From Thermoleophilia bacterium (GTDB taxonomy: Bacteria > Actinomycetota > Thermoleophilia > UBA2241): a stretch of 64,000 nt of DNA. Location: assembly GCA_040776965.1 (NCBI GenBank), contig JAXGZO010000001.1, positions 483,498 through 547,497 on the forward strand, written 5' to 3'. Position numbers and translations under genes: made by a program. The notes beneath the pieces are model-generated. The model did not search any database and had not been told where the DNA came from. It worked only from the letters and a program-made list of their open reading frames with translations. Positions 45,334 through 55,175 of the stretch are shown piece after piece. Position 1 is the stretch's first letter, and every line of letters begins with the position of its first letter.

Positions 45334-45425
45334 TGGCGGAGAGGGGGGGATTCGAACCCCCGAGCCCGGGAAACCGGACTAACGGTTTTCGAGACCGCCG
45401 CATTCAACCGCTCTGCCACCTCTCC
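45334..45425 (-). tRNA. tRNA-Ser (anticodon CGA), long variable arm, CCA encoded
   Basis: Reverse complement GGAGAGGTGGCAGAGCGGTTGAATGCGGCGGTCTCGAAAACCGTTAGTCCGGTTTCCCGGGCTCGGGGGTTCGAATCCCCCCCTCTCCGCCA. Confidence 0.9.
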
Positions 45426-45500
45426 GCGATGGCTGCCGGCGCCTCTTTTTACAGACGGGGGCGCCGCGCGTGTGTAGTGTAGCACGAGCGCGGCATCTCG

Positions 45501-46739
45501 TTAGGGCACCGCTTTTTCGTGCTCCCCTCCGGCCGGTTGCCCGCCTCCCGTCGCGCGTTGCTCTACCCAGGCGCCGACTTCGCTGGGGCGAAAGCCGTAG
45601 CGGTCTTTGATCTCGGAGAGGGGTCGACCGGCGTCCGCCGAGGCCACGCCGAACGCCGCGAGTAGCTCGTTGAGGGGTACGTTGTTCGTCTCGGCGATCT
45701 GGGCCATGGAGAGCGAGCCGCGCACGCCGGAGGAGCTCGACTGGAGCTCGCCGGCTTGACCCTGGCTTTGGCTCGAGCCGCCCCCTCGCCCGTGGCCGCC
45801 GCCCCGACCTCCCTCGCTGGCCCAGGAGGACGAGCTGGCGGCCATCGTGATGTTCACGACGGCGACCATGAGGAGGAGTGTGATGATGGGCGTCGCCACC
45901 GCTTTGAGACTGCGGCCTCCGGGGGCGGTAACGCGCAGCGTGTCGGCCACGGGGCAGATGTTGACGCACTCGTTGCAGGAGATGCACTCCGGGGAGGTCA
46001 CGCGCTCGGCTGTGGAAACCGCGATGTTCATGGGGCAGGCGCGGTCGCAGCGGCCGCAGTTAATACAGCTCGACGAGTCCCGGCGGATCGTGAGGAGGCT
46101 GATTTTGCTGGCGAGGCTGAGGAGGGCCCCGGTGGGGCAGAGGTACTTACAGAAGAAGCGCTCGTACACAAAGGAGCCCGCGAGCGCGACGATGAGGACG
46201 ACGAGCCCGATGCCGAACTCGGTGAGGAGCCGCGGGGAGGTGAGGTGCATCCAGGTGGCCCAGGGGTCGTAGGGCCGCATTACGAGCTCCGCGGCCCGCC
46301 ACGTCCAGAGCGTGAAGACGACGAGGACGACGTACTTGAGCCACCGCGCGACGCGATCCAGGGCGGCCGGTACCGCCGGGCGCCGCCCCATGACCCGCTG
46401 CCCGAGCGCGCCGAAGATGCCCTGGAGCGCGCCGAGCGGGCAGAGGTTGCCGCAAAAGGAGCGGCGGGAGACGAGCGTCACGGTGAGCACGCCGATGAGC
46501 AGCACGACTGAGCCCGCGGCGGTGTGCCGCACCAGGCCGCCGCCGGAGAGGAGAGAGAAGAGGGTCTCGAGCCCGCCGAACGGGCAGAGCGCGTCTACGC
46601 CGGGCGGCCGCTGGGGGCCTCGCGTCTGTTGGTGCAAGAAGGCCGTGATCGTCATGGCCGCGAGGGTGATGCCGAGGAATACCCAGCGGAGGATACGTGC
46701 GGGACTGTACTTAGATTTGGGAGTTCGTTTGTGAGGCAT
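45501..46739 (-). CDS. NapH/NosR-like polytopic 4Fe-4S-binding membrane protein with a Gly/Ser-rich linker and a small C-terminal domain
   Basis: ATG 46737-46739. CPFGGLETL and CGNLCPLGAL motifs in the membrane part. CINCGRCDRACP and CISCNECVNICP. Then GGRGGGHGRGGGSSQSQGQ and a ~60-aa tail. Confidence 0.75.
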   Translation of the reverse strand: MPHKRTPKSKYSPARILRWVFLGITLAAMTITAFLHQQTRGPQRPPGVDALCPFGGLETLFSLLSGGGLVRHTAAGSVVLLIGVLTVTLVSRRSFCGNLCPLGALQGIFGALGQRVMGRRPAVPAALDRVARWLKYVVLVVFTLWTWRAAELVMRPYDPWATWMHLTSPRLLTEFGIGLVVLIVALAGSFVYERFFCKYLCPTGALLSLASKISLLTIRRDSSSCINCGRCDRACPMNIAVSTAERVTSPECISCNECVNICPVADTLRVTAPGGRSLKAVATPIITLLLMVAVVNITMAASSSSWASEGGRGGGHGRGGGSSQSQGQAGELQSSSSGVRGSLSMAQIAETNNVPLNELLAAFGVASADAGRPLSEIKDRYGFRPSEVGAWVEQRATGGGQPAGGEHEKAVP

Positions 46740-46789
46740 GCGACTTCCTTTGCCGTCGACGGTGGGAAGGGGCTGTCGTTGCCGAGGTG

Positions 46790-46886
<97 letters not shown>

Positions 46887-47028
46887 GCGCTCTCGCGATT
46901 CGCTCGCGAGCGGCGTGGGTGCAAGTATACGTCAGAGTTGTCGAATCGGCGAGACGGGGGTGTGGAGGGTGGCGCGGATGCGCTGCCGGGCGCCGCGCCC
47001 GCCGTAGCCGCCGCGCCCGTGGCGCTCG

Positions 47029-47493
47029 CTAGCGCCGCGCCCGAAAGAAGGACTGCAGCTGCGCCACCGCCTCGTCGGCGAGCACTCCCGCAGTGACCTC
47101 GAGGGTGTGGTTGAGGCGGGGGTCTCGGCAGATGTCGTAGAGGGTGCCGGCGGCGCCGGCTTTTTTGTCGGGCGCGCCGTAGACGAGGTGGGGGATGCGC
47201 GCCTGCACGATCGCCCCGGCGCACATGGGGCAGGGCTCGAGTGTGACGTAGAGGACGGTGTTGAGCAGGCGCCAGCTACCGAGGCGCCGCGCGGCCTCCT
47301 CGATAGCGATGATCTCGGCGTGTGCGAGCGGGCTCTTGCGGGCCTCGCGCTCGTTGCCCCCGGAGGCGATCACCTCTCCCTCGTGGATGATAACCGCGCC
47401 CACCGGCACGTCGCCGTGCTGGGCCGCTCGCTCCGCCTCGCGGAGGGCGAGGCGCATGTAGTACTCGTGGCGTGGAAGGTAGAGGTCGCCCAT
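47029..47493 (-). CDS. tadA: tRNA-specific adenosine deaminase
   Basis: 154 aa. HAEIIAIEEA and PCPMCAGAI zinc motifs. Confidence 0.9.
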   Translation of the reverse strand: MGDLYLPRHEYYMRLALREAERAAQHGDVPVGAVIIHEGEVIASGGNEREARKSPLAHAEIIAIEEAARRLGSWRLLNTVLYVTLEPCPMCAGAIVQARIPHLVYGAPDKKAGAAGTLYDICRDPRLNHTLEVTAGVLADEAVAQLQSFFRARR

Positions 47494-47587
47494 CGCTTAA
47501 TCATAGGGGATTCAGGGCCCGTTCGGGAGGGTAAAGGAAGAAGTTACCGTACAATAGCGCTGAAGTTTCAGCCGGAGGAGGGTTTTT

Positions 47588-48298
47588 ATGCTGCTCTATC
47601 TGCTCTGTCTCGGTGTGCCGTTTATCGTGGGCATGGGCGTGCAATCTTGGCTCAAGCGCACCTTCGCGAGCAACAGCCAAAAGCCGGTGATGAGCGGCAG
47701 GTCGGGGGCGGAGGTCGCTCGCGCCATTCTCGACCGCAACGGGCTGAGCAGCGTTCCCGTGGAGTTCGCGCAGGGCGGGTCGCTGAGCGACCACTACGAC
47801 CCACGCACCCGCAGCGTCAACCTCTCCCGCGAGGTCTACGAGGGTCGTTCGGTCGCCGCTACCGCGGTCGCAGCTCACGAGGTCGGGCACGCCATTCAGC
47901 ACGCCAAGTCGTACGTGCCCATGACGATTCGTTCCGCAGTGTGGCCCGTGGCCGCCTTCGGCTCTCAGTCGTGGTTCATCATCCTCATCGGCGGCGTTAT
48001 CTTCGGCGGGGCGAGCCAGCTCGCCGCTGGCGCGGGTGGGCTCGGCGCGCTGCTCATTAAGCTGGCGGTGCTGCTCTACGCCTTCGTCGTCGCCTTCCAG
48101 CTGGTGACGCTGCCGGTGGAGCTCAACGCCTCGCGGCGCGCGGCCGTGCAGCTGCAGGAGATCGGGCTGGTAAACCAGGGCGAGGCCGCCGGCGTGCGGA
48201 GCACCCTCACGGCCGCCGCCATGACGTACGTGGCCGCCGCGCTCGCGTCGCTCGCTCAGCTCCTCTACTTCGTGTTGAGCTTTCTCGGCGACCGCTGA
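47588..48298 (+). CDS. Membrane zinc metallopeptidase (Zn_peptidase_2 / YpmA-like family)
   Basis: 236 aa. AAHEVGHAIQH motif, flanking transmembrane segments. GGAGGAGGG RBS. Confidence 0.85.
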   Translation: MLLYLLCLGVPFIVGMGVQSWLKRTFASNSQKPVMSGRSGAEVARAILDRNGLSSVPVEFAQGGSLSDHYDPRTRSVNLSREVYEGRSVAATAVAAHEVGHAIQHAKSYVPMTIRSAVWPVAAFGSQSWFIILIGGVIFGGASQLAAGAGGLGALLIKLAVLLYAFVVAFQLVTLPVELNASRRAAVQLQEIGLVNQGEAAGVRSTLTAAAMTYVAAALASLAQLLYFVLSFLGDR

Positions 48299-48336
48299 AG
48301 AAGAGGGCGCAGCCGCGCCGAGGATGCTCGGCTTCT

Positions 48337-48386
48337 CACGCAGAGAGGGCCGGTGTGGCGTGCGCCGCACCGGCCCTCTCTGCGTG
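48337..48386. terminator. 19-bp perfect hairpin between convergent genes (a second hairpin follows at about 48391-48428)
   Basis: cacgcagagagggccggtg...caccggccctctctgcgtg. Confidence 0.65.
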
Positions 48387-48443
48387 TGCTGCCCAGCGCC
48401 CGCTCGCTTCGCGGTCGGGCGCTGGGGCGCTCGTCTCTTAAGC

Positions 48444-49997
48444 TTAGAGCCCGAGTGCCTTCAAGCTCACCTTAAAGATGTCGGTGTTGTCGATGTACTT
48501 ACCGCGAACCGGGTCGATCTTGAAGGGGGTTGTGGTGAAGTTCTCGGAGCCCGCGCCATTCGCCCACAGGGGGACCAGCGAGTTCGTGTGCCACCACATA
48601 TTCCAGTTCTTCGCCTCAAACGAGGAGTAGAAGTCGAAGGTCGGCATCTTGCCCTTGCCGTTGTTGATAATGGGGCGCCAAGTCGCCGGGTTGCCGTAAA
48701 GGGTCTTGACCGGCATCTTGCCCGAGCCGGGGCCGTTGAGGTAGCCGCAGTCGTGGTCGCTGGTGATGATCAGGAGGTTCTGGTCCCAGCCACCGTTCTT
48801 CTTGATCCAGTTGAGGACGACGTTCGTCGAGGCGACGAAGCCGTCGTACTCCTCGAAGACCCGGCCGCTCAAGCCCTCGTGGCAGGCGTCGTCTACGGCG
48901 CCGCCGACCTCAAACATCGCGACGAAACCCTTCGGGTTGTTGTCGAGCACGTTGAGGGCTCCCGCAGTCATCTCCTCAATGCGGGCGACGTTCTTGGAGA
49001 AGGGGACTTTGTACGGTGGGGCGATTTTATCGAGAGTGGAGGTGCTGCGCTTCTCCTGCAGAGCCTTTGCGCCGCACTGCGCGAGGCCGAAGACGCGCGT
49101 GGGGGTCTTGCCGCGGCCGAGCTTCTGGAAGTCGCTGCGCTTCTCAATGAAGGTCCAGCCGGTCTTGTTTTGGTCGAGCTTGCCGTCGTTGTCGGCATCC
49201 GGCGCAACACCCTTCTTGAGCGCCTCGAACTCCTTTTTGCCGATGAACTGAGCGGTTTTGTACGCAGATCTCGAGGTGTAGTCGGCGTCCGCGTTCGTCG
49301 TCCAGGCCGGGGCGGGATCCGCAGCCTCGCCGTCCTTGTCGTAGTACGGATGGCCTGCGCCCATTACGACGGTGAGGTTGCCCTCGTTGACCATCTGCCG
49401 TGCGATCTCCCAATAGTAGTTGCGATCCTTCATGTGGGAGCCGAAGCCGGCGGGGGTGGCGTCGTTAAAGAACTTCGAGCTGATAATGCCCGTTGACTTC
49501 CCGAGGCCTGAGGCGTGCTCGAGGAGGCTCTTCTGAGAGGTAGAGGTGCTACTGCCGACTGAGGGAGCCCAGCCCACGCCGAGGTCGGTTTTGAGGCCGG
49601 TAGCCATGGCCGTTGCGGCCATATCCGACTCGGTGATGCTCGGGTTGAGCTCTTCTGGATTAGCAGCATCGAGTCCGCAGACGTAGGTGAAGTCGCTCCA
49701 GGCTGCGATGGGGTCGTAGCTGCCGTTAAGGGGGAAGGTTGAGACGCCGTACTGCACGGGGAACTTGTGCTACGGCTGCTTATTTGCTGCTCCCTTGTTC
49801 CAGTAGTCGCCGGCCGTCCAGGTGTTGTACCCGGTGCCGTCGCTGATCAGGATGATCACGTTCTTCGGCTTCTTGGGAGCCTTTTTCGCGGGGCTCGCTG
49901 AGGCAAAGGGGGTGGCGAGGAGCGCTGTCGCGATAATCACGAAAAGCGCGAGGAGGGCGAGTCGCGTGAGTCCGCCATATCTCTTCGGTAAGGCCAT
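48444..49997 (-). pseudogene. Secreted alkaline phosphatase (PhoA family) interrupted by one in-frame TAG at 49770-49772
   Basis: ORFs 49770-50048 and 48444-49757 are in the same frame (...NKQP-TAG-HKFPVQYG...). Signal peptide MALPKRYGGLTRLALLALFVIIATALLATPFASA. KNVIILISDGTG and ITESDMAATAMATGLKT align with PhoA VTDSAASATAWSTGVKT. Confidence 0.8.
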
Positions 49998-50372
49998 GGA
50001 TACTCTCCATTCTCGATGAGCTTGCTGCTGCTGGCTGGTGAAGCGCACTCGGTTTTCCTGAGGCCTCCCCTCTCACCGCGCGCAGACCGGCAGGCTTGAC
50101 GGTGGCGGGCGGAGTGCAGATTTATGGAATATTCATAGAATACTTACAGATTGCTAACAAAGAAGCAAGAGAAGTGTCTCCCCTCCTGACAACAATCGAC
50201 TTGCTCCCCCCCTTTTTTCTCGTTGCCCAGTCGTGGGGGAGCTCGAGACCCGCGGGGTGGGAGCTCGAAAGGGGTGAGGTATTTCGCTCGAATCGCGTCG
50301 GCAGGTTGTATAGTTAGGCCGTTAGAGCTTGCGCCGGGATCCTCTCGGTGAGGACGAGAAAGGTACGCTGTA

Positions 50373-52277
50373 GTGGCAATAAATATCGATTTCGAACTTT
50401 GCGCCCTTGTTTTTCTCGTGCTCGGATCCGTAGACTATTTTCGTCGTAAGCGCTTTCCCGACATGCAGAACAAGGTGTTCGCCCTCATCGCCGTGATCGT
50501 CACGTGCTCGATGACGGTGAACATTACGATCATCATGATGACGAAGAGTGCCACTATCTTCCCCGTCTACGTCATGACGGTCATGGCAACTCTTTTCTAC
50601 CTACTCCAAGTCACCTTTCCTTGTCTTCTCCCGCTCTATATAGCGAGTTCTGCTGGAAGGTTCACTAAGTTCCCTACAAAGAAAGCCGTCATTTTCCTCA
50701 TACCGGTTTTCGTTATTTTCGTTCTTTTGCTCTTGAGTACTTTCACCAAGAGCATTTTTTACGTTAACGCTGACAACTCATTCTCGCACGGTCCTTACTT
50801 TTCGATTATTTACATCGTCTCTTTTTACTATTTTATTTACGCTGTTGTTAACGCATTTCGATTTAGGAAAGAACTCGGTAGGCAGCAGTTCTTCGTGATC
50901 ATTTCTTCAATAGCTATTATCGTCACAGGTTTTCTCCTGCAAAAAGCAGTTACAGGGTACTATATAGCAGGAGCTTTCGTGGTATTTGCGTTGGGCAATA
51001 TCTACTTCAGCGTTCAAAAGCCATATAATATGGTTGAGGATAATACAGGAGTACTTAACTACAGCGCGCTTCAAAAGATGATAAGGGGATATCTCGATGC
51101 GGGTAAAGACTTCGAGATCATCTCAGTCGACCTTATAGGTATTAGGCAAAACGCGAGCCTCTACAGCGCGGAGACGATGAAGGATTTAACGAGGGGCGTC
51201 GCGAGGTTTTTGTCGAGCATCAGCAGGAAAGGCAACGTTTTCTACGTCTCCAAGTTCTCTTTTGCCATCGTGACTACAGATCTCGATCTTCACAATACGT
51301 TTATCAACTCCATCGCGGAGAGGTTCAGCAACCCCTAGGTCTTCGCCGGGAAGAGTGTGGATATAGCGGCAAACCTCCACGTTATTCCCGACGTTTCGTT
51401 TGTGACCAAGTTCGACGATCTGGAGAACCTCGTCGACTACGCTATACGCACCTACAGCTCGCCCATTAAAAAGCCCATCCTCCTCGATAGAGAGGTCTTT
51501 CTCGGTGTTCAGCGAGACCTCTACGTGGCGGACTGCCTCCGCATAGCGTTGGCCGAGAAGAAGTGGCTTGAGGTGTACTTCCAGCCCATCTACTCGCTGG
51601 CCGAGCAGCGGTTTACCTCGGCAGAGGCCCTTCTGCGGCTGCACCACCCCGACGGGTCCATCTCGCCGGTCGAGTTTATCCCCGTCGCCGAGCGCGCCGG
51701 CATCATTAATTACATCAATACCTACGTTATCGAGTCCGTCTCCGACTTCATGAGGGAGCGAAACCTCAATCTGCTCAACATCCAGCGCATCAACATCAAC
51801 CTCTCCGGTAAGGTCTTCTCCGACAGGGAGATCTTCTCGGATCTCCTCGAGGTTATCCGATCCAACAGAGTCCGCCCTGAGCTGGTGTGCTTCGAGGTTA
51901 CCGAGGCCGTCGGCGGCGGCAATGTCGGCCTCTTTGAGTCGCGAATGGACATGCTTCACCGTATGGGGTTCCTCTTCGCCCTCGACGACTTCGGCACGGG
52001 GTTCTCTAACATTTCGCGCATGCTGAGCCTGCCCTTCGACATCGTCAAGATCGACAAGGGCATCCTCGACTCCTCTAAGAAGGTCTTCTTCGACACGCTC
52101 AGCTTGCTCTCGCACGCCAACTGCACCATCACCGTGGAGGGTGTGGAGACGGCGGAGCAGGTTGAGTGGCTCAAGACGACGAACGTCGACTGCCTGCAGG
52201 GCTTCTTCTTCGCCCGCCCCATGCCGGCCGGGCAGTTCGTCTCCTTCCTCGAGCCCCAGACGCAGAGCGCCGGCTAG
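50373..52277 (+). pseudogene. Membrane sensor with a degenerate GGDEF domain and an intact EAL domain, interrupted by one in-frame TAG at 51336-51338
   Basis: ORFs 50373-51338 and 51357-52277 share a frame (...ERFSNP-TAG-VFAGKSVDI...). About 7 transmembrane helices. The GGDEF position reads SKFSF. EAL signatures: EALLRLHHPDG, DDFGTG, EGVE. The EAL-only part could still be made from the GTG at 51357. Confidence 0.75.
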
Positions 52278-52460
52278 CGTCTAGGGGGTGGGGTTTACGG
52301 GCTCAGCTCGGGCCCGTCCGGCTCTTCCCCTGCCTATCTCACGCTTCGCCCGTCTTTCGCTGGGGCCATGGCTCTCGCTAAAAGATCATTACTCTTCTGT
52401 TAAGCTTCTCTCAGGTTGCCCGTTGGTTTGTTGGAGCTCGTACGCGAAAGGAAAGAACGG

Positions 52461-53159
52461 ATGAAGAAAACTGTGTCGGTGCTCTTTACGTTGTGCTTCG
52501 CTGTGTGCTTCGCTAGTGGGCTTGCGGCGTGTGGTGGTGGCTCCGGCGGTGGCGGTGGGGCGGACAGCACGCTCTACCCTGTGCCCGAGCACGCCAAGGT
52601 GGACGCCAAAACCCTCAGCGCTCACTACGAGAAGCTCACCCTCGATATGAAAAAAGAGGATGTAGAGAAGACGATGGGTGAGCCAGGTGTGCCCTCCAAG
52701 GACAAGGATCATAGTCCGGGTACGCTCGTCTGGATGCCCGCGGAGACGACGGAGTGGGTTGTGGTCTCCTTTGGCGACGACGGGACGGTCTCCAGCAAGG
52801 CGACGAATATCGGTCAGGACAGCAACTACAAGGAGCAGGCCTGCGACAAGGCGGCCGCCGAGAAGATAACGGCGACCTCAGACGCCGGTAAGACCAACAT
52901 GGACGAGAACGCCCTCAAGTACAAGTACAACGAGGTGAAGCTCGGCATGACTAAGGAGGCCCTGGAGGGGCTCTTTGGTGGCGCCGGCAAGGAGGAAGTG
53001 GCTCCGGAGAGCTCCCTGTATCCCGGGGCTAACCGGGCGGTCTTCTTCATGAAGGATCACTCCGAGAGCATGGCCGACTCTGGCTATTGCTACTTCGTGT
53101 TCGCCGATGTGGACGGTAAGGTGATAGTAAGCGGCAAGAGTTGTACGTTTACCGACTAG
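52461..53159 (+). CDS. Lipoprotein of unknown function
   Basis: MKKTVSVLFTLCFAVCFASGLAAC gives a lipobox LAAC followed by a Gly-rich linker. AAAGGAAAG upstream. Confidence 0.7.
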   Translation: MKKTVSVLFTLCFAVCFASGLAACGGGSGGGGGADSTLYPVPEHAKVDAKTLSAHYEKLTLDMKKEDVEKTMGEPGVPSKDKDHSPGTLVWMPAETTEWVVVSFGDDGTVSSKATNIGQDSNYKEQACDKAAAEKITATSDAGKTNMDENALKYKYNEVKLGMTKEALEGLFGGAGKEEVAPESSLYPGANRAVFFMKDHSESMADSGYCYFVFADVDGKVIVSGKSCTFTD

Positions 53160-53272
53160 CTCGCCCTGCTCCCGCACGTTTCGTGTGGCGTCTTCTAGAG
53201 GGTTTTTCTTTGAGCTGAACAGGCGTTTTATACTGTGGGCCTAACGAAAGGCTCCCTCCATCGGGTTTAAAA

Positions 53273-53312
53273 ACACCCCCCGCGGTGCAGAGCTACTGCG
53301 GGGGGTGTTTTT
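53273..53312 (+). terminator. Rho-independent terminator (A-tract on the other side, so possibly bidirectional)
   Basis: acaccccccgc-N14-gcggggggtgt followed by TTTTTGCGCTTTT. Confidence 0.7.
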
Positions 53313-53487
53313 GCGCTTTTGCTCGCACGTGACCCCCGGGAGGGTGCACAAGCTCGCCCCAGCTCGCTCGCTTTTCATGGAGTAGCTTAGCTTGATCTGA
53401 TCCAAGCCGGTCCGAGAGTGCGGTGTGCAGACGGCCTTCACCGACAGTTTAAATGGGGAAGTACCTGCAAATGAGGGGGAAAGAGAG

Positions 53488-53537
53488 TGGTGCGCCCGGC
53501 AGGACTCGAACCTGCGACCTTCGGTTCCGTAGACCGT
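53488..53537 (-). other. 3' fragment of tRNA-Arg(ACG): prophage attachment-site core (partial copy)
   Basis: Reverse complement ...CGGTCTACGGAACCGAAGGTCGCAGGTTCGAGTCCTGCCGGGCGCACCA covers the anticodon arm 3' side, T-arm, acceptor 3' strand and CCA. No D-arm or 5' acceptor strand follows. Confidence 0.65.
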
Positions 53538-53627
53538 TCAGGGCCTTTTAAAGCCCCTGCTAATCGCATTTTCTACCAAGAACCTGCGACCGTTCGTGAC
53601 ATCTCGCTGTGTTATGCGACTACGTGT

Positions 53628-54761
53628 TTATTTTCGTTGGGCGTTTTTGGGCGTTTGGCGTTTTTGGGCGTCGGTTTTTTGCCCCGCGATCGACGGCACC
53701 GGCGATGCATCAGCAGCAGCCCTATCTGCCATGGCAGTCGTGTCGACGTAGTGGAGCTCGGTGACTGACACGGAGGAGTGGCCGAGGCGCCGCGAGACCG
53801 TGTAAATGTCGACGCCGGCGGCGAGCAGCCCACATGCGTGGGAGTGGCGGAGATTCTTAAGCGGCACGTAGCGGATGCCGGATGCCCTCACCGCTCGGAT
53901 GTATGCCCTCGTCACCGAGTCGGGAGCGGCACGACCACCAGAAGGCGTCGAGGCGATAGGACCAAGCCCACGGGTCTCGCGGAGCCTCGCAAGCGCCCAC
54001 GAAGGAACGGCGACGACGCGCCTCGACGTAGCAGACTTCGGGTCCTCGAAGATCTCCCTACCTCTAACACGGTGGCATCCGCGCTCGACCGTCACGGTCG
54101 CCGCCGTAAAATCAACGTCCCTCCAGTCAAGGGCGAGGATCTCCGACCGGCGCAGCCCGCACGACGCTGCGAGGATCACCACCGGCTCGATCCAGTGGCC
54201 GCGAAAGAGATCCAGCAGCTCACCGAGCTCATCGGCCGATAGGACGTTTTTTACAACCGCTCGCTCAACCCTCGGCCGGTCGACGCGGTCGAGAGGAGAC
54301 GCTGCGATCATCCCCCACCTGGCAGCCCTCTTCAGGGCGGCGGAGAGCACCTGGTAGCATCCTGGGCGTGACTTCTCCGAGATGCCAGAGATCCAGCGCT
54401 CAAGCCGATATGGAGTGAGATCGGAGAGCTGGATATCACCGAGAGGACCGATCACGTGGAGGCGCAGCTTGCCCTCTGCAGATTCAGCGGTCTTCGCCCT
54501 CCAGCGGTTCTCGCGCGCCCACGGGATATAGACCTGCTCGAGAAAATCGCGCAGGGTGTAGGCGCCCTCTGGCATCTCGCCGGCCTCGACGAGTAGCGCG
54601 GTTAGCGCCGCCTCCGCCGTCCTCCTCGATCCTCTCACCGTCCGCTGGATTCTCCGACGCTCCCCGGTCGCTCGACTCACGCCGGCCGACACCCTCACCG
54701 TCCAGACGCCGGGCCTAACCTCGGAGATCGAGCCGTGAGACCTTCGCTCGCCGCTCACCAC
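53628..54761 (-). CDS. int: Tyrosine-type phage integrase
   Basis: 377 aa. C-terminal catalytic region LRRSEILAL...LRHSHACGLLAAGVDIYTVSRRLGHSSVSVTELHY (R..H-x-x-R..Y). Confidence 0.9.
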   Translation of the reverse strand: MVSGERRSHGSISEVRPGVWTVRVSAGVSRATGERRRIQRTVRGSRRTAEAALTALLVEAGEMPEGAYTLRDFLEQVYIPWARENRWRAKTAESAEGKLRLHVIGPLGDIQLSDLTPYRLERWISGISEKSRPGCYQVLSAALKRAARWGMIAASPLDRVDRPRVERAVVKNVLSADELGELLDLFRGHWIEPVVILAASCGLRRSEILALDWRDVDFTAATVTVERGCHRVRGREIFEDPKSATSRRVVAVPSWALARLRETRGLGPIASTPSGGRAAPDSVTRAYIRAVRASGIRYVPLKNLRHSHACGLLAAGVDIYTVSRRLGHSSVSVTELHYVDTTAMADRAAADASPVPSIAGQKTDAQKRQTPKNAQRK

Positions 54762-55072
54762 TTCCTCACGATTCGCTTCTGAAGCTGCTCGTTTACGTCG
54801 GAGCTAAACGCGAAATTAAACGCATCGAGTGTGAGGTCGTAGACGCAGAGAAGCGCGAAAAACACATCGAGACGCGGAAAATACGACCCGTTCTCAAACG
54901 CGTAGACAGTCCTCCCACTTACGCTTAGCCCAAACTTGACTTTGAGGATCTCGGACACCTCGTCGGTCGTCTTGAACCCACGTGCGCGTCTCGTCGATCG
55001 CAACAATGCTCCTAGTGCGATGGCGTTCACCGGATTCAGGTTGTTTTCACTAATTTCGTCGTAATCTTCCAT
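54755..55072 (-). CDS. XRE-family HTH repressor (CI-like)
   Basis: 105 aa. LGALLRSTRRARGFKTTDEVSEIL is HTH-like. Upstream of and overlapping int, divergent from the early operon. Confidence 0.7.
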   Translation of the reverse strand: MEDYDEISENNLNPVNAIALGALLRSTRRARGFKTTDEVSEILKVKFGLSVSGRTVYAFENGSYFPRLDVFFALLCVYDLTLDAFNFAFSSDVNEQLQKRIVRKW

Positions 55073-55146
55073 TTCGTTTCACCTCCTGCCAGAGATTCTA
55101 CGACAACCGCGCCATCGGAGCAATAGGGGCACCTTGTTTCTATTGG

Positions 55147-55175
55147 TTGCAGGAACCTGCGAGAAGTGCTAAGAT
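55147..55175 (+). promoter_or_regulatory. Putative early rightward promoter with an operator-like inverted repeat
   Basis: TTGCAG-17 nt-TAAGAT. The spacer contains GCAGGAACCTGC (GCAGG/CCTGC inverted repeat). Confidence 0.4.

Noticed and set aside
45243-45485. 80-aa ORF overlapping tRNA-Ser(CGA); similarly 46787-47032 over tRNA-Ser(GGA).
   Set aside because: Both are explained by the tRNA genes.
50123-50137. Imperfect palindrome TATGGAATATTCATA upstream of the phosphatase gene, considered as a Pho-type operator.
   Set aside because: It is a single short AT-rich palindrome in an AT-rich spacer. It bears no resemblance to the direct-repeat PhoP/PhoB boxes I know, so there is too little evidence.
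49770-51338. Pyrrolysine or genome-wide TAG reassignment as an explanation for the two in-frame amber codons.
   Set aside because: TAG terminates hdrB, metF and the hydrogenase large-subunit gene at family-typical ends. No pyl genes or suppressor tRNA are visible in the window. Alkaline phosphatase and EAL proteins are not known Pyl proteins. Kept only as nonsense-mutation or read-through findings.
53487-53768. 93-aa plus-strand ORF, and the idea of a complete tRNA-Arg gene at 53488.
   Set aside because: The ORF is the reverse reading of a tRNA fragment plus the integrase 3' end. Only about 50 nt of tRNA-like sequence is present, with no D-arm or 5' acceptor strand.
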